Shown in pieces: positions 12,611 through 23,900 of a stretch of DNA of 64,000 nt. How positions within the stretch are numbered: the stretch's first letter is position 1; each line of letters begins with the position of its first letter. This DNA comes from Hydrolagus colliei (taxonomy: Eukaryota), in assembly GCA_035084275.1 (NCBI GenBank), contig CM068746.1:12710001-12774000 (forward strand). The letters are read 5' to 3'. A program made the translations under genes and the position numbers. A model generated the notes under the pieces. The model was not told the DNA's origin. It worked only from the letters and a program-made list of their open reading frames with translations, and ran no database searches.

Positions 12611-13329
12611 CTTCTCTGCTCACCTACTGCTGGGTAAACAGAGGCATGTGGAGTAAGGAAACTTGCCCAATGTTGTGCCCTTCTCCGGAATTGAACCCAA
12701 ATCCTCTCACTTACAGGATGCCACAACAAATTGTATGGCCAATTTACATCAGTATTTTTTGAAGACCCGAGCTGATGGAGTAACACGTGCTTAGACACTG
12801 TGAGAAACTCTGGGTTCAATGTTTCCTCACAGGCCAATAATTGACACTTTTCCTGTTTCATCTCGTATTTTCGACAGTTTATGTTTGATTTGTACATCTT
12901 CAGACATGTTCTGTTTGCCTTTCGTGTGTTTTTAGTATGTTTTATGTACATGTTGCAGTTGTCTTAGATTTTAGAATAATGTAAGTTACAGAAACGATTT
13001 ACAGATTTGCATCTAGAATCACTGTAGTGATCAGGGCAGCACATCTCAGATGCCTTGTCCATCAATCTGCTCACTTGGGCTGTACTTTTACTGTGATAGT
13101 ACTAATCGTTGCATTTGATATGGAGCCTATTGATGTCTTCGAGACATTTCAAAGTGCGTCACAGAATGTACTGTAAAGTGAATTGATTGTATATTGTGTT
13201 GGTGAAACGTGGCAGCTAATTTCACACAGTGGTGTCCAACAAACAGTCAGGGATTGAGTGACCACATTATTCTTTGCAAGAATCAGTTGATAGTCGATTG
13301 GCTGATTGATTTTGCATGGGTAATAATCA

Positions 13330-13915
13330 CTTCCAAAACAATAATAATAATTTGACAGTATACTACAACGAAGAGGAGGGTCATGAGATGGGACTTGAGG
13401 AGACTAGGGAGAGGGTGAGATGGAGGGACTGCATGATGGAATTCCAGAGGTTGGGGGCAGAGTGACTGAAGGCTCACACGTTGATGGCGGGGGACATGGA
13501 ACAGGCTGGAGCCAGCTGAGCGGAGGAGGCAGGCAGGTTGGTAGGGGGTTAGGAGGTCACAGAGGTAGGGTGGGGCGAGGCCATGTAGGGCTTTGATAGT
13601 GAGGACCAGCACCTTGAATTGGATCCTCTGGATGATGGGGAGCCAATGGAGTTGGGCGAGAATGGAGTTGATGGGGTCATGGAGCTTGGAGCGGTAGAGG
13701 ACATGGGCCACAGAGTTCTGGATTATCTGCAGCCTATGGAGGGAGGAATTGGGAAAGCCAACATGCAGGGAGTTGGTGTATTAGAGGCTGGATGTGATGA
13801 AGGCATGAATGAGGATTTCATCGGCCTGAGGGGTAAGGTAGTGGGTGAGACCGGCAATATTGTGGAGGTGAGAGGAGGCAGAGCGGGTCATGGCTTGGAT
13901 GTGGGGGAGAACACA
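13330..13915 (-). mobile_element. L2 LINE 3' fragment
   Basis: LHWLPIIQRIQFKVLVL and HAFITSS motifs. Similar fragments at ~5890-6200, 8350-8650, 11275-11600, 26760-27100, 38970-39310, 40700-41400, 45895-46190, 49325-49560, 52790-53050 and 60840-61060. Confidence 0.85.
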
Positions 13916-14179
13916 CTTAACAAACAGAGAAAATATATTCAACAAACTGCAAATGAAAAATTGAACTGTTACAGTTATAATAATAATCCTTGCATTTGAT
14001 ATACTGTTGTACGTAACATTCTTGATACATCTCAAAACGCTTCACATTTTTCTATTAAAAAAAGTACAATGTATCTAAAGTGAGTGACAGTGTATTTTGT
14101 GGTTGAAATGCGGCAGCCAATTGCACAAAACAACGTCCCACAAACAGTCATGGAGAGAGTGACCAATGCTACTCAGAGG

Positions 14180-14480
14180 AGTGTTGGTCAGGACACCAGG
14201 AAAACACTTCATTTTTCAAATAGCTCCGCAGGATCTTTAACATCGACCTGAATATTAAGACGTGACCTTGGTGTAACATCCCATCCAAAGGACGGCACCT
14301 CCGACAATGCAACACACCCCCAGCACTGCATTGGAGCATCAACTTAGACTATGGGTCTCCAAGTCCCAACCTGGGGGCTTGAACCCACAACCTTCTGATG
14401 GGAGAAAGTTGACAGTGAGAGAGCATGAGAGAGAGAGAGAGAGAGAGAGTGCTACCACTAAGCCAGGCTGTTGCACAATC
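14180..14480 (-). mobile_element. Second SINE family (different tRNA-like head, SacSINE1-like)
   Basis: Shared head ...tcagaa(g/a)gttgtgggttcaa.... Related copies at ~18940-19200 (-), 34580-34985 (+) and 56520-56770 (-). Confidence 0.65.
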
Positions 14481-15222
14481 AGAAATCGAACCCAAAACAA
14501 TTTGGTTTGACTCTTAATCATTCAGTTTCACCGCACCCTGTGTCTTCTGACAATGATCTTGAATTACCCCAAGTTATTAATCACAATATAGATCAGAAAA
14601 ACTTTTTTTAATTCAACCTGCACCTAAAGCGACAAAATAATAAAACGAGTGTGCCTTACCCATCAAGTCACACCCGCTGCCAGGCTCTGTAATAGAAGTT
14701 ATGCCAACGTTAAGCAGAGTATTGAGCTACGGTGCGGGTGTGTTCTATCTGGGAATTCCCCGCTTTACATTGTGTTCTTTCTGGGAAACGCAACATAATA
14801 GGAGCAAGAAATCACACGTTCCCAAGATGAGCATCAATTATAATAATAATATTAATAATCCTTACATTTGAAACTGCTTTATTAGATCTTCAAGACATCT
14901 CAAAGCACTTCACAGAATATAGTGTAATGTGAATTGACTACTGTATGTATTTTGTGGGAAAAGCGCCACAGCCAGTTGCACACAGCAGTGTTCCACAAAT
15001 GGTCGTGGATTAAGTGACCAAATTATTGAATGGAAAAATCTTTGAAGGCTGAATGGACTTCTCTGTGTTGTAGTTTCAATGATTATAGGTTTTGAATATG
15101 ATTTAAAGAAATTATTGTTGCATAATTTTAAATTAGATTGTAATATACAGTAATATGATGTTCTTATTTTTGTCAATCTAAATTTATTTATTAATGAATC
15201 TCCTGTAACGTATTGATTCTAG

Positions 15223-15427
15223 CAGTGGTTTCCAAACTGTGGGGCACGCTTCCATTGGGTGGCTCGTAAGGTTGGTTTGGGGGTCCCGAGCCCCCGAGTG
15301 TGTGTGGAACCCAGGACTCGAGTGTGTGGAGACAAGGACCCGAGTGTGTGGACCTGAGTGTGAAGGAAGGGGGCGCAACAAAAACTTGGCTGAGTTAGGT
15401 GGGGTATTTAAAGTTTGGAAGCCACTG
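15223..15427. mobile_element. hAT-Charlie-like MITE with internal tandem repeats
   Basis: TIRs cagtggtttccaaact / agtttggaagccactg. Four internal copies of a (c)gagtgtgtgg-type unit. TSD degenerate. Confidence 0.7.
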
Positions 15428-16154
15428 GGTTAGAGCATTAATCCATGACTATGTGGTACACTGGCTCCCTATCCCAGAGAGTACACCCGTATAAATTATA
15501 CATTAATTTATACATTAATACATTTATTTCAATGCTCAATAGTAATTGACATGAATTGTCTCCTAATAAATCAGGTCTTTCAGTCAAGCTGCTATTGGGG
15601 TCCTCCTGAAGCACATACATTGTAATCCCTCCAAAAACAATAATAAAAATTGTTCATTTTCAAACCACGACTGTTTGTGGGACACTGCTGTGTGCAATTT
15701 GCTGTCGATAAGATGTGAAAAGCGTTATATCAAATGCAAGGATTATTATTATTATGTATCCCATAGGGAACGGCGATGTATCGGTTTTTCGATTAAACCC
15801 GATATGATTTTCAGATCGTTATGCCGATATGGTGATTCTAAAAAAAACGTTATATCGAGAGATTCGATTTAAAAAATATACATCGTTATATTTTTAATAT
15901 CGTTCCTGGCAATATATCAATATTGTTGGTATTATCAGTGTAATGCGATCTTTTCCAGCTTACCTTGTCGCCGGCATTGCGACCTCCTAGACCTAGAGCA
16001 TGGAATGCGCGTACATTCGGTGCGCGCGCACAATTAACGGGCGCGCACATCCGATGCGCGCGCACACTTTACTGTGTATACTCGACGTGAGTCGTGGCAT
16101 CTTAACAAAGTCGCATCGCTGAAAATTGTAGTTTGAAAATTTACCTTTCTCATC

Positions 16155-16510
16155 ATGGGGAAAAGAAGCCCCGTATGGGACTACTTTGAAAACAATGCAA
16201 TCAGTAATGGTGTGTATAGATGTACAGTTTGCAAGGTCTTGGTTAAGACATCTGATTCGAGCACGAGCAACCTGCGACATCACATTAAGCAGCACCACCC
16301 CGCCCAGCACGCTGCCCTCAGAGCGAAATCATTGTCAACAACAGCAGGAAGTCGAACCAGCGCTTCGGAGAAAGCGACAGGTAGTGGGGCCAGTGCAGCT
16401 CAAACAATTTCTGCTTTATTTAAGAGGAGAACATTGTACCAGAGCGGGGACAAAAAGTGGCAAAGTATCACGAACGCTGTCACTTTTTGCATAGCAAAGG
16501 AGAGCTTGCC
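16155..16510 (+). pseudogene. hAT/ZBED1-like transposase N-terminus (BED zinc finger), internally deleted
   Basis: MGKRSPVWDYF...CTVCKVLVKTSDSSTSNLRHHIKQHHP...ITNAVTFCIAKESLPM; similarity is lost after this. Confidence 0.85.
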
Positions 16511-16814
16511 AATGGCGAAGGACATTAATTCAGACTTCAGACTACATAAAAATAAGTGGCATTTTGTGGCTGTAAGTGTTATTTTTGTGTGTGAGAGAGT
16601 TAGAAGCCAGATTATCACTGCTTCTATAATTATCACAGCAGTGATAATCTGGCTTCTAACTAACAGTCAGACTGTCTGTCTCTCTCTTTTCTATTGTAAT
16701 AGATCTCATTTACAAGTGGACATCACATGCTACTTTCAAGCAAGAAATGGAGGAGAATAAATCTCTAGATTTTGTTTTTGGTGTGTGTGTGTGTTCTATT
16801 TTGTGTTTAGAGAT

Positions 16815-17310
16815 GGAGGGAGAGAAGGAGAGGGGGAAAGTTGCGAGAGGAGGAGAGGGAGGGAGAGAATGAGAGGGGGAAAGGAGGAAGAGAAGGAGAG
16901 AGGGAAGGGAGGGAGGGAGGGAGAGAAGGAGATGGTGAAAGGAGGGAGAGAAGAAGTGAGGAGAGGGAGGGAGGGAGAGAAGGAGAGGGGGAAAGGAGGG
17001 AGAGAAGGAGAGAGGAAGAGAGGAGAGGGAGGGAGAGAAGGAGAGGGGGAAAGGAGGGAGAGAAGGAGCGAGGGGAAAGGAGGGAGAGAAGGAGAGAGGG
17101 GAGGGAGGGAGGGAGAGAAGGAGAGAGGGGAGAGAGGGACGGAGGGAGGGAGAGAGGGGAGGGAGGGAGAGACGGAGAGGGGGAAAGGAGGGAGAGGAGA
17201 CAGGGAGGAGGGGGAGGAGAAAGGGAGAGTGGAGGGGGAGGGAGAGAAGGAGAGGGGAAAGGAGGGAGAGAAGGAGAGAGGAGAGGAGGGAGAGAAGGAG
17301 AGGGGGAGGT
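16815..17310. repeat. GA-rich low-complexity tandem repeat inside the hAT element
   Basis: Recurrent gggagagaaggagagggg-type units; source of several spurious E/G/R- and P/S/L-rich ORFs. Confidence 0.95.
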
Positions 17311-17615
17311 AGAGAGCAAACAACATCGTATAATTCAACAGACCTTGACACCAACATTACAAACTTTCTGGACCTAGAGCACGCATTTCGAAATGTGCGT
17401 GCACCGCGACTGCGCGCGCATCGTCAGTGCGGACGCATCGTCAATGCGCGCGCACCGCGACTGAGCGCGCACCATGAATGCACGCGCACTTCGAATGCAC
17501 GCGCATGCGCAGTATAAAAACTCGATAGATCGGTTTAAGCAGGTATGAGCAAACCGATATATCCATATCCGGAAAAATCCCATATCGCCGTTCCCTAGTA
17601 TCCCATATCTCTGGA

Positions 17616-17940
17616 TTATTTAGCTATGGCAAGCCAGTCAAGCTTGCGTTGCACAATCTGAATCCTTTGTTTTATTTTATCAATCTTTCTCTCTGTTGTT
17701 TGATTGGTTATGGAGATCGTCTCATCTTCAAGATCTTTCAAGATGGCTTGCAGAATATTTGTCAGCCATTCCCTGTCATACTGCCCATAATCGGAGACCA
17801 GCTGGGTGACTTGTTTTTCAACCTGATCGACAAGATCTTCATCATCTGCAATCTTCACAATGATCTTCAAGTCGGTTCGAAGCTCTTTCACTCGCTGGAT
17901 TTTTCTCCGGCCATTTTCACTGAAATTGTTCCCACATAAA
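17616..17940 (-). CDS. Terminal exon: last LRR plus ~85-aa helical extension
   Basis: tttctcag acceptor, phase 2. Encodes LCGNNFSENGRRKIQRVKELRTDLKII...RKLDWLAIAK*. Confidence 0.85.
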
Positions 17941-20900
17941 CTGAGAAACACATTAAAAGGGACAGGCTTAAGAAATGAAAAGTCAACGGTGACCTTAGCT
18001 CCAATATAAGGCATAGATACTCAATGTGAAGTGTATTTGCTAGATTTACTGTTTGTGACAGGCAAAGTATGGAAATTAGAGGTCTACTTAACATTGCTTG
18101 ATGGTTGCTAATAATAAAGGAATAATTTAGTATAGTGCCTTTCATGTCAGGAGGAAGACCCAAAGAATATATATAGGATTTACAGTAAAAGCCTGTTTAT
18201 CCGGCACCCTTGGGACCGGCCAATACTGGTTAAAGTGCCTGCTGGATATTCGGGCGGCCTGCGGCCGAAAACCCAACACAAGAAAATTAAAATTATTTTA
18301 ACACACACCATACAGATCAGACTAAATAATAACAGATCATAGAATATTGTATGGGTACGTATTGTTAAAACTTCTCACCTTTACTGATTGAGGTTTACAG
18401 TCCAGCAATTCTTTTTTAAATGGAGGACTCCAAGCGGGTGATTTTAAAGTCACGCAACATTACTAGCGGCAAGCCGATAGCCCTAGACTCTACTAGCGGC
18501 AAACCGAAATACTGCGCGACAATGTGGGTTATCGGCTAGCGTTATCGGCTTGTCGTTAGGATGACTTTAAAGTCGCACTCCATTTTTTTCACCCACTTGG
18601 TGAGCTCCATTTTAAAAAGAATCACTGGACTATAAGCCTCAACCGCAGCATCATGGCTTCAAGTGCAGCATCTACCAGCAAAGGTGAAAAGCGCAAGAGA
18701 GTAGTTTTAACAATAAGTACCAATACAATATTGTTATTATGTTATTATTTATGCATTTACAAATGCTCACCGCTATTGTTCTGGATAAATTCCGGTTTAT
18801 CGAATGGGGACTTTTTTTTTGGCGTGACGGTTATATGGAAGTGCCGGTTCATCGAGTCAAGGATAAACGGGCTTCTACTGTACTGTGAAGTGGAGTGACT
18901 ATTTGTCGGCAAATGCAGCAGGCCATTTGAGTACACCAGCCTCCCAGACACAGCCAGGGAGTGAATGATCAATTTTATTTGGGAGATTCTTGGCCAGGAC
19001 ACAGGGAGAAACTGCTTTTCTTTTTTCAAATAGCCCAATGGGAATTTATCATTCACCAGAGCAGAGAGACCTTGGTTTAAGGTCTCATCTGAAGAATGGT
19101 ATCTCCGTAATACAACACACCCCAGCTCTGCATTGGAATGGTATCTTGAACACAAACCTTCTGACTCAGACGAGAGTACTATCAACTTCAGGCTGGCAAG
19201 CTTGCAATTATATCTGGGATTTCGCTAACATTTAGAAAATTGATTGCAGACTTACTGTAGTATTTCAAGAGTCTTGTTGTGCTTCAGACATGCGGGCATT
19301 GTCTCTAACACTTCATCTGTAATCCCGTTGTCATACAAATAAAGGATCTTCAGACTCTGGTTTATCTTAAGTGCTTTCAATATTATCTGAGCCCCGCTGG
19401 ATTGAAGGTTATTTGTTCCAATTCTATAAAGAATGAATGAACAAACAGGGATGATATAAACAACAAACAAACAAAACTTACATTTATATAGCGCCTTTCA
19501 CGTCGAGAGGACGTCCCAAGGCGCTGTACAGTCAGGTAGGACAAGAGCAGGGTGGGAAGGATCAGGGCAGGATGAAGAATAGTAGGAAAAGTAACTGTAT
19601 ATTAGTGGGCGAAACGTGGCAGCCAAATTGCGCACAGCAGTGTCCCACAATCAGTCACGGAAGTGGGACTAGGGGCAAAAGGGGGTAAAGAAGCAAAAGG
19701 GGAGGGGTCGAGGCAGGGGGAAGAAAAGCAGGACAGTCGACTGTATACTTGTGGGCGAAACGCGGCAGCCAAATTGCGCACAGCAGTGTCCCCACAAACA
19801 ATCGCGAAAATGGGGCCAGGGGAGAAAGGGGGAAAAGAGGGTAAGGGGGGAGAGGGAGGGAAAGGTGGGATGGGTTAGGGTTAGGGAGGAAGAGGGGGGG
19901 AGAAAGGGGGGTAAGGAAGAGAGGGAGGGAAAGATGGGTGGGGGCAAGATCAGGAAGAGGGAAGAGGGAGGGAAGGGGAAAAGGGAGGAGAGAAAGTGGG
20001 GAAAGGGAGTGAGGGAAGAAGAAGATGGGGGCAGGGGTGGGGGGGAATCAAACAACAATAATAAACAACAAAAGCAATAATATTAACAACAAAAACAGCA
20101 ACAAACAACAACCAACAATCGTCCAGCAACCACTCCTTGTCCTCGCCGTCCGCCAGGATGATCCCTGAGATGGCGGGAAAAAAGGGCCCAGTGTGGTGTC
20201 AGGCCCCAAAACCAACCGGCTCCTCAGTCAGTGAACCCGGGGACTCGGTGATGGCCCTGGCACCTCGGACATGGTGTGTCTGGCCGGCTCGCACAGCAGC
20301 AGCAGCAGCCCGATCGCCGGCTGGATCTCCCGCGACGAGATGATCCGTCGCTTGCAGCACCTGGGCGCTCTCCCCCTCGCGGAAGACGTGCGCCATCCGC
20401 TGCCAGAGGAAAGTGCCGAGGTCGCGGCCTTCCTAGGTCCTGTCGAGGGGCCACTCTTCGCACAGCCGGAGGAAGCGCCGACAGCGAATGGCCGCCATTC
20501 CCTCCGTGATACTCCCCGTCGTCCCAAAAAGATGGCTTCGTTAGCCGGCTGCCCATAGAGGAAGAACCGGCAGCGATGGAAGCCGGCTCCAGCTGGTGGG
20601 CTGAGCGGTGCATAGCGTGAAAGCTCTGTCCCCGCGATCGTTCCAGCCCGAAGATCTCTAGTCTCGGGAGCGGGTGGTCCCGTGTGAAAAAAAATATCAC
20701 TATATATCTAATATCACTATTAGATAAAATAGATGATATAAACTATCATCTATCGCCAGGGAGGTGGGCGAGGTGGAGAGAGTGCAGGTGCAGGTGCTAT
20801 CCTGCACTCTCTCCACCTCACAGCCATCTTGATTTAGAGGGTATTCGACCGGGAGAGTTGAAAAGAGTAATGGGATTGGGGAAAGCTAAGCAAAGTCAAA

Positions 20901-23900
20901 GTGGGAAGGCATGGTAGCCTTTTTTAAAAAAAATTGGTATCTTTCAGAATTTTCCCTTCGTAATTCATAGACATATTGCAAAAGTATTTAGAAACTTACG
21001 ATAATTTTTCAAGAGGACAACTTGATTCTTGAAGAATGTTGCTGATTATCCTGGCGGACTTTACACTCAGCTTGTTGGAACTTACTCTGTAAAATGGAGA
21101 TTAAGAACACTTGAGTAAGTCTGTATTAAATTACCATTTAAAATCACAGGATTATCAAGAGATTTGGTTGAATACTGATATTCCTATTTGTAACATCAAA
21201 CTGATTCTGATATGAGGACATGGCAAAAACCACTATTCCTGGTAACACATCCCAATTGTTGGTTATCCAGTTTTCATTTTGCTGTCTGTCCTTAACTTGT
21301 CCTCCCATAGAGCATAGTCACAAATTGATTGAGTAAACAGCAATAATTTCTGTTTATATAGCGCCACTTATGGAGAGTGGAATCACAGAGCGCTTGACAG
21401 TGGTGGAGCACCTCACTGACCTCAGGTGATAAACTCTTTCTGATATGACAGCCTGTTCTTCATTCTAATCTAATGCATATACATTATCTCACACTGATGT
21501 TTCAATGGAAACCCAAAGAGAACTATTCCATTACCCATGGAGAACGTAATAGCATTACTTACAAGATAGATTTACATTTGGAAATTACTTCCTCGAGTTG
21601 CTGAATGCCTTCATCCTTCAAGTCGCAAAGTCTTAAGTCCATTTCTTGCATGTGGGAATGACTGAGACAATAGCACAGCGCTGCAATGTCCAGGGGGCTC
21701 AGAGAAATGTTGCAAAAGTTTATGCTTGTAATGTGAGGAGACACTTCTTCTGTCACTTTATTATCGTGCAGTTCGAAAAGGCAATGGATTAAATTTAGTT
21801 GCTCAGAATGCTTGATACCTGATTGATACCAGTCTGTAAACCACACGATCAGCGCTTGATAAGTAGAATCACTGAGGGGAGCTGAAGACTTCCAGAGGTT
21901 TCCATCTCGTCCTGCCGTTAAGAAGCCCATGAACATTTTGGTGAAACTGAAGAGTTTCTTCTTGAGCTCAGGCCACTTGACTGCTTCAATACACAACAGG
22001 CTCTTTGGGTTCTGTGGCTTCTTTCCCAGACACCACAGATCCAGGCATTCGATCAGCTCTTCGGGTTTGTCCTTCAGTAAGTCTGCACAATACCAGGCTG
22101 CTATCTGCTCCATCAGTATAGGATGATAGAACTCAAAGCTGCTCTGATTGTCCCATTTCTTTTCCAAGATGAGATTGGACAAGTCACTGAAAAGAAATGT
22201 TGGCCTTATATCAAATTCAATAAGATCTTTCTCTTCCATGTTGTGTTTGCCTGACAAGAGATGATGATAGGAAAGCTTCCCCACTTTTAGGATGGTCGTA
22301 ACAATTTTTTCATGGGGTCTAACCTCACATTTCTCAATATCAGTCACTGACAGTTTGTGTGACTGTGCAGTGCCTGGAGAACCATGACTAAAGAGGCTGT
22401 TAAAGAACAGAGTGAAGAGTTTGCTCTGAGTTATTGGCACAGCTGTTATCTTTTCAGAGTCATGATTGCACATCTTGAGAGCATTGCACAGCATATAGCT
22501 GTTTAAGGGATTGGAGGCCAGGTATGTGATGGTCTCTTTCTCAGTAAAATGTTGATACATTTTGCTTGCTGTTTCCTTATCTTGATAGAACACATCGCAG
22601 TATTGTCGTAGCTGATCAGTAGTAAACCCAGAAATTGCCAGGATGCAATCAAAATATTTCTTGTTTGTTTCTACCTGATCATTATTCCACCGGGAGGTCA
22701 CCAATACGGTTGCAGTAGGAAGCAGTTGCCCAGAAATCAGATTGGACACAAGAACACCGACATTAGCCTCAGTGTCTATGTTGATATGCTTCAATGGAGC
22801 CTTACAATCGATTTGATAGTAGAACTCATCCAGGCCATCCAAAATGATCAACACATCATGGCGATCAAAGAGGAGTTCATTCAGGACTTCTGATAGTGGA
22901 GAGCACTTGCTCTGAAGCAGTTTCCTTAGGGTTGTCTCTTCTTCAACCTTATTTAAATCATGGAATCGTAAAATAATGATGCACTTGAAAGGTTGATTGT
23001 TTGATTCAGATGCCCATTCTTGCCTCATGTAGGTAACTGTCCAGCTCTTGCCCACGCCTGCATCTCCAATCATGAAGATACGTTTTGAAGAGGAATTTTC
23101 TCCCACAGCCATGGAGAGCATTTTAATTGGTTCGATTTCTTTTCTATTATCTGAACCACCTTCATTAATCCCCTCAATAGGTTTTCCTTCCTTCTTTGGG
23201 TAACTGACATTCACTGTCCTCATAAGAGACCTGTAACATTCGGCCATTTTACCACTGATCATATCAGGATACTTTTCTATAAGGCACTGTTTGTAGACTT
23301 GAAGAGCATCTGAAGAGGAAAGAACTAATATTTTATTTTGTGGCTCTTGTATTTTCTGAGCATTTCAGAGTTATGTGCAATTTGGACAATTTTTAAATTC
23401 AATCTTAATTTATAAACTGATTTTCTATAGATTTTTGCGTGAACAATGCATTTAAAAATTGATATTGGATGCTCTGAATTGCTAAGAAAATAGAATAAAT
23501 CTAGAACCAGATGGAATTTCTTCCCTCTGGTCTTCATTTGACCAAAATATTTTGTTATTCCCCAAACCAACATCCTAGAGATTCTCGGAGGCTGCGCCTT
23601 TTAACAACAACAACAGAATTACATTTGTGGGGACTCAAAATATTAAAGAGGTAGGAGGGGGCAGGGCCATGGAGGGCCTTGAAGTTAAGGACAAGTATCT
23701 TGAATTCGATGCTCAGAGGAAAGCGGAGCCAGTGGAGCTGGGCAAGGGTTGGGATGATGGGGTTGCGGAGCCTGGTGTGGGTGCGGTCTGAGGGGTGAGG
23801 CAGTGACGGAGATGGCTGATGTTGCGGAGGTGGTGGAAGGTGGTGCTGGTCATGGCATGGATATGGGGGTAAAAGAATAGCTCAGGGTCAAACAAGATAT

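Larger units (their letters stand above)
15764..17597 (+). mobile_element. Non-autonomous hAT DNA transposon with truncated BED-finger transposase
   Basis: TIRs TAGGGAACGGCGAT / ATCGCCGTTCCCTA. Perfect 8-bp TSD GTATCCCA at 15756-15763 and 17598-17605. GCGCGC-rich subterminal repeats at both ends. Confidence 0.93.

Noticed and set aside
16710-17377. Long Pro/Ser/Leu- and Glu/Gly/Arg-rich ORFs (also 19669-20080)
   Set aside because: Translations of GA-rich low-complexity repeat.
21559-23262. The 567-aa ORF as a stand-alone single-exon NLR
   Set aside because: The frame is open upstream to a strong phase-1 acceptor at 23309, and the apparent stop overlaps a GTAAGT donor that leads to further LRR exons.
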